64,000 nucleotides of DNA from Pygmaiobacter massiliensis (GTDB lineage Bacteria > Bacillota > Clostridia > Oscillospirales > Ruminococcaceae). This document shows, piece after piece, positions 9,182 to 17,951 of the stretch. The first letter of the stretch is position 1. The number at the start of each line of letters is the position of its first letter. Under the pieces are notes generated by a model. That model did no database searches, was not told where the DNA came from, and saw only the letters and a program-made list of their open reading frames with translations. The stretch lies in contig JALFTI010000020.1 of the NCBI GenBank assembly GCA_022778585.1, positions 27,501 to 91,500 on the forward strand, in the 5' to 3' direction. A program made the position numbers and the translations under genes.

Positions 9182-9724
9182 ATGGCAGAATTGAAAGGGA
9201 CCAAAACCGAACAGAATTTGATGGCGGCGTTTGCAGGCGAAAGCCAGGCCACCAATAAGTACACCTACTATGCTTCCAAGGCAAAAAAAGACGGCTATAA
9301 GCTGATGTCCGATATTTTTACCGAGACAGCCGGCAACGAGCGCGAGCATGCCAAAATTTGGTTTAAGCTGCTGCACGGCGGCGCTGTACCCGATACCATG
9401 ACCAACCTGCTGGATGCTGCTGCAGGCGAAAACTATGAATGGACCGATATGTATGCAACCTTTGCCAAGGAGGCCAAAGAGGAAGGCTTTGACCACATTG
9501 CGTTCCTGTTTGAGCAGGTAGGCCGTATTGAAAAAGAGCACGAAGAGCGTTACCGTGCCCTGGCCAAGTTACTGGAGGAGCAGAAGGTTTTTGCCCGCGA
9601 GGAAGAGCAGGTTTGGATTTGCACCAACTGCGGTCACATCCATGTGGGTAAGAATGCCCCGAAGGTTTGCCCGGTTTGCGAGCATCCCGAAAGCTATTTC
9701 GAGCTGCGGGTAAAGCCCTATTAA
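9182..9724 (+). CDS. rbr: rubrerythrin
   Basis: GGAGGG lies 7 nt upstream of ATG 9182. Contains [23 protein letters not shown], diiron ExxH motifs ([16 protein letters not shown]) and a C-terminal rubredoxin-like CTNCGH...CPVCEH. Confidence 0.95.
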   Translation: MAELKGTKTEQNLMAAFAGESQATNKYTYYASKAKKDGYKLMSDIFTETAGNEREHAKIWFKLLHGGAVPDTMTNLLDAAAGENYEWTDMYATFAKEAKEEGFDHIAFLFEQVGRIEKEHEERYRALAKLLEEQKVFAREEEQVWICTNCGHIHVGKNAPKVCPVCEHPESYFELRVKPY

Positions 9725-9746
9725 TTGCTTTTAAGCCAAACCTTGT

Positions 9747-9777
9747 AAAAGCGCCCGCTTTTGCGGGCGTTTTTTAT
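9747..9777 (+). terminator. rho-independent terminator after rubrerythrin
   Basis: AAAAGCGCCCGC-TTTT-GCGGGCGTTTTTT. Confidence 0.85.
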
Positions 9778-10005
9778 TGGTCCGTCAAAAGCCGGGGATA
9801 CTTTTATCTGCCGGCATGGGTGCAAAATGCTGGTTGCAGCCGGAGGCATTTGCGGTATAATAAGCTGCAAGCTACTATTATTGTTTTCCTTTATGCCAGC
9901 TTTCGCGCCATATCGGGGCAATCGAAAACGATGATATAATGCAAAAATATGTGCCAATGCAGTTTTGTGCGGTTTTGGCGCAGATTAAAAACAGGGCTTT
10001 GCCCA

Positions 10006-10869
10006 ATGGAGGTTCTTTTGGTAGATATTATTCTGGACTCTTTGCTGGACACCGGCAAAATGTTGCCCTTTTTGTTTGCGGCCTGCCTTTTGGTGGAATA
10101 TGCGGAACACCGCCAGGATGGGCGGCTGGTTCGGGTTTTGGCCCGGGGCGACAGCGCCGGCTTTGCGTTGGGGGCACTGTTGGGTTTGGTGCCACAGTGT
10201 GGTTTTTCCGGCATGGCCGCAAGTCTGTATGCCGGGCATATTATTACGCCAGGTACCTTGCTGGCAGTTTTTTTGGCAACCTCCGACGAGGCATTTTTAA
10301 TTTTTTTGGCAAATCCCCAGGAGCTGGGGCTTTTGGCAAAACTGCTTGCCGTAAAACTGGCGGCAGGCCTTTTGGTGGGCTTTGTGGTGGATTATGTGAT
10401 CCGTCGTTTGATTCTGCATCGTGCCCGTCCCATTCGTCCGGAGGATATTGAATGCCTGTGTACCCACGAAGAAGGGGAACAGAGCGTGTGGAAGGCAGCT
10501 ATTTGGCACACGATGAACCTTCTGTGCTGGATTTTACTTTTCTCGGTGGTGCTGCATCTGGCAATGGATCAATTTGGTTCGCGGCTTTTAAGCGGATGGA
10601 TTGCCGGCAGTACATTTTGGCAGCCTGCGCTGGCCGCCGCTATTGGGCTGATTCCAAACTGTGCGGCCAGCGTTCTTCTGGCGCAGTTGTACCTGGCGGG
10701 TTCTATCAGCTTTGCTTCGCTAACCGCCGGCCTGTGCAGTGCCGCGGGTGTGGGGCTTGTGGTTTTGTTCCGCACCTTAAAAGATAAAAAACGGGGCTTT
10801 CTTATGCTGGCAGCGCTGTACCTTTCCTCTTTGGCAGTTGGGCTTGTGGTGGGCTTTTTGGGAATTTAA
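10006..10869 (+). CDS. polytopic membrane protein of the 'putative manganese transporter / arsenic efflux'-annotated family
   Basis: MEVLLVDIILDSLLDTGKMLPFLFAACLLVEYAEH...GLVPQCGFSGMAASLYAGHIITPGTLLAVFLATSDEAFLIF matches my memory of that family. Weak RBS. A possible promoter is TTGCAG (9834)-16 nt-TATAAT (9856). Confidence 0.6.
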   Translation: MEVLLVDIILDSLLDTGKMLPFLFAACLLVEYAEHRQDGRLVRVLARGDSAGFALGALLGLVPQCGFSGMAASLYAGHIITPGTLLAVFLATSDEAFLIFLANPQELGLLAKLLAVKLAAGLLVGFVVDYVIRRLILHRARPIRPEDIECLCTHEEGEQSVWKAAIWHTMNLLCWILLFSVVLHLAMDQFGSRLLSGWIAGSTFWQPALAAAIGLIPNCAASVLLAQLYLAGSISFASLTAGLCSAAGVGLVVLFRTLKDKKRGFLMLAALYLSSLAVGLVVGFLGI

Positions 10870-10953
10870 TAGGCGCGTAGCCGGGGTCTGCATACAGCTT
10901 TGGGCAAGGCGATGACAAGCCAAAAAGGAGCAAACAGCAATTTATATAAAAAT

Positions 10954-10985
10954 AAAAAGGCGCGGTAAATCCGCGCCTTTTTATT
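10954..10985. terminator. bidirectional terminator between convergent genes
   Basis: AAAAAGGCGCGG-TAAAT-CCGCGCCTTTTT, with an A-run on one side and a T-run on the other. Confidence 0.8.
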
Positions 10986-11007
10986 TTGCCAACCTCTTTG
11001 CTGGCAG

Positions 11008-11883
11008 TTATTCGCTTTTGCCCAGTAAGGTGAGTAGTACCACCGAAAGCAAAATGCATACAATACCGCCAACTGAGCGGGCGGTCAAAGCTTCGTTGTA
11101 AACCAGCACACCCACAATTACGCTGGTGAGCGGCTCAAAGGTGGAAAGCAGAGAAGCGTTCTGCGGGCCTACATATTTGGCGCCAACCTGGAAAGCCATG
11201 CTGGCTACACAGCCTGCCAGCAGGGCAAACACAACGGTCAGTCCCCAGCCGCCGGCGGTCAGCTGGAAGGTTAGCTGCTTTGTAAAAAGGGCCACAACGG
11301 CCACGCCAACAGCACTGAGGAACGACATCCAGAACCCAAGCTTATAGGCCGGCATATGTTGCAGGCCGCTCATGGACAGATAAATGATGTAGAATGCATA
11401 GGTGGCGCCGGAACAGAAGGCAATCAGCATGCCAAACAAGCTGACCGAGCCGCCGGGCGTATAAAAGCAGACAATGCCGGCCATGCACAGTACGCTGCAG
11501 GTAAGCTTAACCCGGGTAAGCTTTGCATGGCAGAAGAGCACGCAGCCCACCAAGACCAAAACCGGGTAAACAAAGTGGATGGTAGTTGCCATACCAGAAG
11601 ACAGATAATTGTAGGACGAAAAAAGCAAAACCGGGGTTAAACCAAACCCCAAAGCGCAGAGCAGCAGCTTTTTCATTTCGTCCCAGGAAACCTTCAGCGA
11701 GCCGCCGCCGGTCATTTTATGAATAATCAGCAGACCAATGGAACCAAACAGCATGCGATGGACGGTAAGGGTCATCGAATTGCTGCCGCTTAGGTAGATG
11801 GTTTTTGCCAAAAGTGGGTTTAAACCAAATACCACAGCCGATAAAATAACCAGGAAAAAGCCGGTGGTTTGTTGTTTTTTCAT
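11008..11883 (-). CDS. EamA/DMT family transporter
   Basis: Start MKKQQTTGFFLVILSAVVFGLNP at 11883 with RBS GAGGGGG. About 10 hydrophobic segments in a two-fold EamA-like organisation. Confidence 0.85.
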   Translation of the reverse strand: MKKQQTTGFFLVILSAVVFGLNPLLAKTIYLSGSNSMTLTVHRMLFGSIGLLIIHKMTGGGSLKVSWDEMKKLLLCALGFGLTPVLLFSSYNYLSSGMATTIHFVYPVLVLVGCVLFCHAKLTRVKLTCSVLCMAGIVCFYTPGGSVSLFGMLIAFCSGATYAFYIIYLSMSGLQHMPAYKLGFWMSFLSAVGVAVVALFTKQLTFQLTAGGWGLTVVFALLAGCVASMAFQVGAKYVGPQNASLLSTFEPLTSVIVGVLVYNEALTARSVGGIVCILLSVVLLTLLGKSE

Positions 11884-12133
11884 AATGTTCCCCCTCGTAA
11901 CAATATGGGTATAACCCGAAAGCGGGCCCGCACAACCCGCTAACTTTGCTGCCATACACCCAGTTGGGGCAAACCAGGCGTACAACAATCAACTTTTACC
12001 ATTATACAAAGGCTGGAAGAAAATCTCCACCCCCTTACAAATTTTTAGGAATATTGTTAAAACAATCGTAAAAAAGCAGGCGAAACTCATCAAAAAGACG
12101 AAGCGGGTTAAAATAAAAAAAGGGGATGGTCCA

Positions 12134-12165
12134 ATAAAAAGGCGCCCGGCTTATGCCGGGCGCTT
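12134..12165 (-). terminator. terminator of the CDF transporter gene
   Basis: On the minus strand: GCGCCCGGC-ATAA-GCCGGGCGC followed by CTTTTTATT. Confidence 0.8.
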
Positions 12166-12173
12166 AAAAGTAG

Positions 12174-13346
12174 TTATTGGCCCACAAAACTGTGGTCTAC
12201 TGTTACAACGGTGTAATGGTTTTTGTCCTGCTGCTTGGCCTGCTGTGCAATTCGTTCGGTCAGCTGGGCGTCGGTCAAGGGAAAGCCGGAAGGAACCACC
12301 ACATCAAAAATCAGGTTGGTGTGCCCAGGCCCCTTCACCATCCGAAAATCGTGCAAGGTCAACCGCGGGTCAATGGTCAAAATCAACTGGTTCATCATCT
12401 GACGGTGGGCGTTTACCTGCTCGTTGTTATCGTCAATGGGGTCAAAATGCAAAACCAGCTGTACCCCTGTGCAGGCAAAAACCTCCCGTTCAATGTCATC
12501 AATAATATCGTGGCTTTTTAGCACATCTTCCCCGGCGCTCATCTCCACATGGGCGCTGGCAAACCGCCGGCCGGGGCCATAGTCGTGTACCATTAAATCG
12601 TGCATGCCAAGTACGCCGTCTGCTTTTGTAATGTAACGGGTCAACTCCTGTACCAGTTCGGGCGAAGGTGCCTCTCCCAAAAGTGGGTCCACGGTATCTT
12701 TTACAATGCCAATACCGCTGTACAAAATAAAAAGCGCCACTGCAAGGCCAATATAACCGTCCAGCCGCAGGCCGCTTATATGTTCAGCAATGGAAGCAAT
12801 CAGCACTGCACTGGTGGTAATAACATCGTTGCGGCTGTCCATTGCGGTGGCAATCAGGCTTTGGGAGTCAATTTTTTTGCCAATGGCCCGGTTAAAGCAG
12901 GCCATCCACAGTTTAAGCAGAATGGACACCGCCAGAATGGATACGGTTAAAAGGCTGAACAAAACCGGTTGGGGATGCAAAATTTTCTCCACACTGCTTT
13001 TGGCCAGTTCCAGCCCGATCACCAAAATCATAACGGCGACCGTCAGGCCGGACAGATATTCCATGCGTGCGTGGCCGAAGGGATGCTCAGCGTCGGCTGG
13101 TTTTGCCGCAAGCTTAAAGCCCAGCAAGGTTACAATGCTGGAGGAAGCGTCCGAAAGGTTATTAACCGCATCGGCCATAACGGCGACGCTGCCAAATAAA
13201 AAACCGGCCAAAAATTTGCCTGCACACAAAAACAGGTTGCAGCATATTCCCACAAGTCCTGCAAGAAAGCCGTACCGGCGGCGCACTTCAGGATCATTTA
13301 ACTGGTCGTGGTTGGGAATAAAACAGCGCACTAAAAATTCTGTCAT
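12174..13346 (-). CDS. cation diffusion facilitator (CDF) family metal efflux transporter
   Basis: Start MTEFLVRCFIPNHD at 13346 with RBS AAGGAG. TM2 carries ADAVNNLSD and TM5 carries DSRNDVITT, both metal-site motifs. There is a C-terminal cytoplasmic domain. The track start at 13565 is judged too early. Confidence 0.9.
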   Translation of the reverse strand: MTEFLVRCFIPNHDQLNDPEVRRRYGFLAGLVGICCNLFLCAGKFLAGFLFGSVAVMADAVNNLSDASSSIVTLLGFKLAAKPADAEHPFGHARMEYLSGLTVAVMILVIGLELAKSSVEKILHPQPVLFSLLTVSILAVSILLKLWMACFNRAIGKKIDSQSLIATAMDSRNDVITTSAVLIASIAEHISGLRLDGYIGLAVALFILYSGIGIVKDTVDPLLGEAPSPELVQELTRYITKADGVLGMHDLMVHDYGPGRRFASAHVEMSAGEDVLKSHDIIDDIEREVFACTGVQLVLHFDPIDDNNEQVNAHRQMMNQLILTIDPRLTLHDFRMVKGPGHTNLIFDVVVPSGFPLTDAQLTERIAQQAKQQDKNHYTVVTVDHSFVGQ

Positions 13347-13471
13347 GATCGATCTCCTTTTGAGCATATACTCGCTTGTTTTTATAAGACCATGCACCGT
13401 GCCCGTGCCAAGCCGGCCCTGCTTTCCCTTGCCGACGATGCATTGCAGACGCCTTTGGCGCTGCACACTAA
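13347..13471 (-). promoter_or_regulatory. ~125-nt structured 5' leader of the CDF gene (candidate metal-sensing riboswitch)
   Basis: Leader RNA: ...GUGUGCAGCGCCAAAGGCGUCUGCAAUGCAUCGUCGGCAAGGGAAAGCAGGGCCGGCUUGGCACGGGCACGGUGCAUGG... Nested helices: UGCAG/CUGCA around CGCC-AAA-GGCG, and AUGCAUCGU/ACGGUGCAU (9 bp, one G-U) enclosing a G-rich junction. The class was not verified. Confidence 0.35.
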
Positions 13472-13478
13472 TTTTTGT

Positions 13479-13507
13479 ATTATAACAGACAGAAACCTTT
13501 TTTTCAA
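13479..13507 (-). promoter_or_regulatory. sigma-70-type promoter of the CDF gene
   Basis: On the minus strand: TTGAAA (13507-13502), 17-nt spacer, TATAAT (13484-13479). Confidence 0.6.
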
Positions 13508-13715
13508 TTTTGAATTTTAAGTAAAAATTTTGGACTTGTTTTGCCAAACAGGAAAAATTCGGCAAAGATTGGGCGGAAATTTTCTTAAAATGAGTAAAAA
13601 GTAGAAAGTGTAACTGTTTCTTTATTGACTTTGCCAGTAAGCAGCGCTATGATATCGAGAACAAACGGGAAGCGGCTAGAAGAATTGCCCGCGCAGGAAC
13701 AAGGAGATCCGCACC

Positions 13716-14627
13716 ATGAGAAAAAAAATGCTTTTGCTGTACAACCCGGCGGCCGGCCGTGCACAGATCGGCAAACGCCTGGACGATATTGTTGAGTGGT
13801 TTTCCAGCTGTGACTATGAGGCCACCGTATACCCCATTCGGCCCCAGTGGGGAGCCGAGGAAATTTTAAAGGAGCGGGGAGAGAATTTTGACCTGGTGGT
13901 GTGCTGCGGGGGGGACGGTACCTTGCAGCATACGGTAAACGGCCTGAAGGCGCTCAAACGCCGCCCACTTTTGGGATATCTGCCGTTTGGTTCCACCAAC
14001 GATTTTGCCACAAACCTGGGGCTTGGCAAAGGCCTTGCTGCCGACTGCGCAGCTATTTTGCACGGGGTACCGTTTTCCTATGACCTTGGCCAGTTTGGCC
14101 AAAACCAGTATTTTAATTATGTGGCGGCAATAGGGGCGTTTACCGAGGTTTCCTATTCCACTCCGCAGGGGGAAAAGAACGCACTGGGTTACCTTGCCTA
14201 TGTAATGGAGGCGGTGCGCCACCTGCCTTTTAATACCCGCTACCACGCAAAGGTAAAGCTGGAAGACGAAATGGTGGAAGGCGACTGGCTGTATGCTTCG
14301 GTTTCTAATTCGCTTTCGGTGGGCGGCATGGACCTGTCGGCCAGCGCAGGCGTCCAGTTGGACGACGGTGTGTTCGAGGTTTTGCTGGTAAGAGCGCCGG
14401 ACAATATTTTGGGCCTGCAAAGTATTTTAAGCCGAATGATGGGGCGGGACTTTTCCGGACCGGATGTGCGGCTCTTTCATACCCGCCATGTTGTGTTCGA
14501 ATTTGACAAGCCGGTTCCCTGGACCTTGGACGGGGAATTTGGCGGCGAACACCAAACCGGCGAAATTACGGTGCTGCCGCGCGATATTACCATTATGCGC
14601 CCTTCCCCCGAACAGACGCAGGTTTAA
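13716..14627 (+). CDS. diacylglycerol/lipid kinase (YegS/DagK family)
   Basis: RBS AAGGAG. Starts MRKKMLLLYNPAAGR and carries the CCGGDGTLQHTVNGL (GGDGT) motif. Length 303 aa. Confidence 0.9.
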   Translation: MRKKMLLLYNPAAGRAQIGKRLDDIVEWFSSCDYEATVYPIRPQWGAEEILKERGENFDLVVCCGGDGTLQHTVNGLKALKRRPLLGYLPFGSTNDFATNLGLGKGLAADCAAILHGVPFSYDLGQFGQNQYFNYVAAIGAFTEVSYSTPQGEKNALGYLAYVMEAVRHLPFNTRYHAKVKLEDEMVEGDWLYASVSNSLSVGGMDLSASAGVQLDDGVFEVLLVRAPDNILGLQSILSRMMGRDFSGPDVRLFHTRHVVFEFDKPVPWTLDGEFGGEHQTGEITVLPRDITIMRPSPEQTQV

Positions 14628-14699
14628 AAACAAATATCAAAAGCGAAGGCGGCATGGCTGTTGCCTTCCTTTCCTTCTTTTATAGAAAAGGCAAAACAC

Positions 14700-14737
14700 A
14701 AAAGGCCGGGGAGAGGCTGTAGCTCCCCGGCCTTTTT
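14700..14737. terminator. bidirectional terminator (dagK-like / DUF4830 gene)
   Basis: GGCCGGGGAG-aggctgtag-CTCCCCGGCC, flanked by AAAA and TTTTT. Confidence 0.8.
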
Positions 14738-14761
14738 GCGCCGATTTTAAAAAAACAGGAA

Positions 14762-15442
14762 TTATTCGGTGGGCAGCGCACCGGTCTGTGCGGCCGCCTC
14801 TTCAATGGCAGCTGCTGCCTGCTCAATCTGCTCTGGGGTAAGTCCCACCGCTTCGCCGGCGGCGGCAATCTGTTCTTTCTGGCTGTCTGTCAGGCCGGCA
14901 GAGGTTTCCTGCTGGGGCTGCGCGGCAGTTTCTACCGTCTGTTGCGACGCGGCCGAGTCGCTGGAGGTGTTTTGCTGCAGCGCACTCACCTCGCCAGATG
15001 GACGGCTGATTAGGTAGCCGCCCACCACCTTGTCGTTGCGCACCAGTAAAATGGCGCTAACCGTTTGGTCGGTATTGGAAAGGGCGGGCACTACAAATTC
15101 CCATTTTTCCACCGTTTTGCCTTTGCAGCCGGAAAGGTCCAGTCCGCTTTGTTTAATCACCTCATGAAATGCCTCAAAGCTTGCATCCCAGGTTTTGGGC
15201 ACCTTTACCTGGTCCACCTTGGCGGTGGAAAGGTCGGCTTCCAGCCCAAACGAGAGCAGATAGGTAACCATATCATCGGTACTTTCCACTTTGGGCGCTT
15301 TGCTGGAGCCAAACGAGAACAGCACATTTTCACCCTGCAAAGCGCCGTTCACCGTAAAGGCGCACAGGGCAATCAGTGCAGCGCAGCCCACCGCGGCGGC
15401 CGCTCTTTTCAGTCCTTTTTTATTCAGGGTACAAACAAACAT
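14762..15442 (-). CDS. DUF4830 domain-containing protein (N-terminal TM anchor, Ala/Gln/Glu-rich tail)
   Basis: RBS GGGAGG. Starts MFVCTLNKKGLKRAAAAVGCAALIALCAF. The core DMVTYLLSFGLEADLSTAKVDQVKVPKTWDASFEAFHEVIKQSGLDLSGCKGKTVEKWEF resembles DUF4830. Confidence 0.7.
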   Translation of the reverse strand: MFVCTLNKKGLKRAAAAVGCAALIALCAFTVNGALQGENVLFSFGSSKAPKVESTDDMVTYLLSFGLEADLSTAKVDQVKVPKTWDASFEAFHEVIKQSGLDLSGCKGKTVEKWEFVVPALSNTDQTVSAILLVRNDKVVGGYLISRPSGEVSALQQNTSSDSAASQQTVETAAQPQQETSAGLTDSQKEQIAAAGEAVGLTPEQIEQAAAAIEEAAAQTGALPTE

Positions 15443-15677
15443 ACAGGGCCTCCCACACCTGGCGGCCGTGCTTCCGGTTTGGCCGGTGGGCGGCGCGCCT
15501 TGATTTTATTTGCTACACTGTATGCGGCTGTGTGTTTTTTTAGCCCTGGTATGCGGCTGCTTTTTTATTTTTTATGCACAGGGCAGCCGGCTTATGGGCG
15601 GCGGTTGTCGGCAGGCGGGCCACATGCTATACTTTACACAGAATATGACAGCCTGTGCAGGCAAAGGGAGGTGCGCT

Positions 15678-16409
15678 GTGGCGCAGATAAGACTTGATAA
15701 GCTGGTGGCCGAAACGGCCGGGGTAACAAGGGCCCAGGCACGCCGGCTGATTCAGAAAGGGCAGGTGCAGCTTGCCGGAAAAACCATTTGCACGGCGGAC
15801 ACCAAGGTGGACGATGCCGAGCGTTTGACGATATCGGGGTGTGCGCTGGAACATAAGGCGTTTGTGTATTTAATGGTAAATAAGCCGCAGGGGGTGGTTT
15901 CGGCCAGCCGGGACGGTCGGGATCGCACAGTGGTGGACCTTGCAGCCGCATCCTTCCCCCGGCGAAAACTTTTTCCCGCCGGCCGGCTGGACAAAGACTC
16001 TACCGGATTTGTACTGCTTACCGACGACGGCGCTTTTGCCCACCAAATTCTTGCACCGCGACGCCATGTGGAAAAAACTTACCGGGTTGTGCTGGACACC
16101 CCTTTGACCGAACAAATGTGCCGCGGCTTTGCCCAGGGGGTAACGCTTGCCAGCGGCGAACAGATGCTGCCGGCTCAGGTAAAGCCGCTGAGCGAGGATG
16201 CACTTGAGGTGCAGGTGGTGCTGCACCAAGGGGTGTATCACCAGATTAAGCGGATGTTTGGGGTGTATGGAGCAGGAGTGGTCCAGCTGCACCGCACCGC
16301 TATTGGGCCGGTGGAGCTGGACCGGGCGCTTGAGAGCGGAAAATGGCGGGAATTGACCGGAGAAGAACTTGCCGCACTGCGCTTGGCGGCACAAATTTCG
16401 TCATTCTGA
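15678..16409 (+). CDS. pseudouridine synthase, RsuA/RluB family (S4 domain + catalytic domain)
   Basis: GTG 15678 lies 6 nt after AGGGAGG. S4 domain IRLDKLVAETAGVTRAQARRLIQKG, and the catalytic Asp motif AGRLDKDSTGFVLLTDDG. The upstream part of the track ORF is judged non-coding. Confidence 0.85.
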   Translation: MAQIRLDKLVAETAGVTRAQARRLIQKGQVQLAGKTICTADTKVDDAERLTISGCALEHKAFVYLMVNKPQGVVSASRDGRDRTVVDLAAASFPRRKLFPAGRLDKDSTGFVLLTDDGAFAHQILAPRRHVEKTYRVVLDTPLTEQMCRGFAQGVTLASGEQMLPAQVKPLSEDALEVQVVLHQGVYHQIKRMFGVYGAGVVQLHRTAIGPVELDRALESGKWRELTGEELAALRLAAQISSF

Positions 16410-16598
16410 CGGGCTTTTTGGCCCCGGCTTTTCTTGCTTTCGACAGCACATTATCAATTTGCACAGGAAAAACCTTGCCAATTTGTAAAATCCTATTGCA
16501 AAAGACGAAATCATTGTGTAAAATAGAGAGCATGAAAAGCCCGATTTGGTGAAATTCACACATGGCAGTCCGACTGCCGGAGAAGGAGTAAGGTATTT

Positions 16599-17684
16599 AT
16601 GGCCAACAGAGTGTTTCAGGGCGTTATCTACCAGATGAAGGATGCGATCGATCGCATTATCGGCGTGGTGGACGAGACCGGCGCGATTATTTCCTGCAGT
16701 GAGCTGAGCAAGATTGGCGAAGTGCGGGACGGCATTGCCGCGGACCGCCTTTCCACCGGGGATGCCTTTGTGCGGGACGGCTATACCTACCATATGTTCA
16801 GCTCGAACCGCCGCAACGATTATGCCGTTTTTGTGGAAGGCACCGATGATGTGGCCTCCCGATATGCGGCCATTATCACCATTGCGCTGCAGAATATCAA
16901 GCAGTACCACGACGAAAAGTTCGACAAGGCGAACTTTATTAAGAATGTGGTGTTGGACAATATTCTGCCCGGTGACATTTATGCAAAGGCGCGGGAGCTG
17001 CATTTTTCCACCGAAGTATCCCGCGTGGTGCTGCTGATTCGGGTGACCTCCGGCACCGATATTTCGGCCTACGATGTGGTGAGCACCCTGTTCCCCGACA
17101 AGCAGAAGGACTTTGTGTTCAATATCAGCGAAAACGACACCGTTTTGGTGAAGGAAATTAAGCGCGGGATTGACCCCAAGGATATTTATAAGCTGGCAGC
17201 TTCCATTGTGGATACTTTGAACGGCGAACATTATATTAAAAGCGTCATTGGCATTGGCACCCCCATTGCCAATGTGAAGGACCTGGCCACCAGCTTTAAG
17301 GAAGCGCAGATTGCGCTGGAAGTGGGCAAGGTGTTTGACACCGAGCGCACTATTATCAGCTACGACAATCTGGGCATTGCCCGGCTGATCTATCAGCTGC
17401 CCACCACGATCTGTGAAATGTTCCTGAAAGAGGTGTTTAAGCAGGGCAGCATTGAAAGCTTGGATTCCGAAACCCTTTTCACCATTCAGCGCTTTTTTGA
17501 AAACAACCTGAATGTGTCGGAAACTAGCCGTGGGCTGTTTGTGCACCGCAATACCCTGGTGTACCGGCTGGAAAAAATTAAAAAGCTGACCGGTTTGGAC
17601 CTGCGCGAATTTGATGATGCCATTGTCTTTAAAGTGGCGCTGATGGTAAAAAAATATTTGAATTCCAACCCGGCCAAGTACTGA
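16599..17684 (+). CDS. PucR/CdaR-family transcriptional regulator
   Basis: RBS GAAGGAG. C-terminal HTH NLNVSETSRGLFVHRNTLVYRLEKIKKLTGLDLREFDD is typical of PucR C-terminal HTH. A promoter candidate is TTGCAA (16496)-17 nt-TAAAAT (16519). Confidence 0.8.
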   Translation: MANRVFQGVIYQMKDAIDRIIGVVDETGAIISCSELSKIGEVRDGIAADRLSTGDAFVRDGYTYHMFSSNRRNDYAVFVEGTDDVASRYAAIITIALQNIKQYHDEKFDKANFIKNVVLDNILPGDIYAKARELHFSTEVSRVVLLIRVTSGTDISAYDVVSTLFPDKQKDFVFNISENDTVLVKEIKRGIDPKDIYKLAASIVDTLNGEHYIKSVIGIGTPIANVKDLATSFKEAQIALEVGKVFDTERTIISYDNLGIARLIYQLPTTICEMFLKEVFKQGSIESLDSETLFTIQRFFENNLNVSETSRGLFVHRNTLVYRLEKIKKLTGLDLREFDDAIVFKVALMVKKYLNSNPAKY

Positions 17685-17701
17685 GTCGGAAAAATATTAC
17701 A

Positions 17702-17731
17702 TTGACAATTGTAGACGAAAAGTGATAAAAT
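17702..17731 (+). promoter_or_regulatory. strong sigma-70-type promoter upstream of ftsE leader
   Basis: TTGACA (17702-17707), then TGaTAAAAT (extended -10, 17723-17731) with an 18-nt spacer to TAAAAT. Confidence 0.6.
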
Positions 17732-17862
17732 ATGCGCGCAGCATTCTGTGCAGCTGCCCACAGGTCCGGCAAAACGGTCTTGTGGGCGTTTGGCTGTGTG
17801 CTGTATAAAATTTGTGTGAGGAGCGTGGCGCCGGCGACCGGCCGGCTGCGCGGCGTTAAGGC

Positions 17863-17904
17863 AAAACCGTCCGGCCCGGGTCCGGGCGGGGCGGTTTTCT
17901 TTAT
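17863..17904 (+). terminator. intrinsic terminator/attenuator hairpin inside the ftsE 5' leader
   Basis: AAAACCGTCCGGCCC-gggtcc-GGGCGGGGCGGTTTT, a stem of about 13 bp with one mismatch, followed by CTTTAT. It ends 48 nt before the ftsE ATG and lies downstream of the 17702 promoter. Confidence 0.5.
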
Positions 17905-17951
17905 GGCGAATGTTTGGGGCAATGCGGCGCCCCACAACCAGGAGAACACCA

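Noticed and set aside
9725-10005. yybP-ykoY Mn riboswitch upstream of the putative Mn-transporter-family gene
   Set aside because: No GGGGAGUAG or GACAUA conserved blocks. The region shows only a terminator and a plausible promoter.
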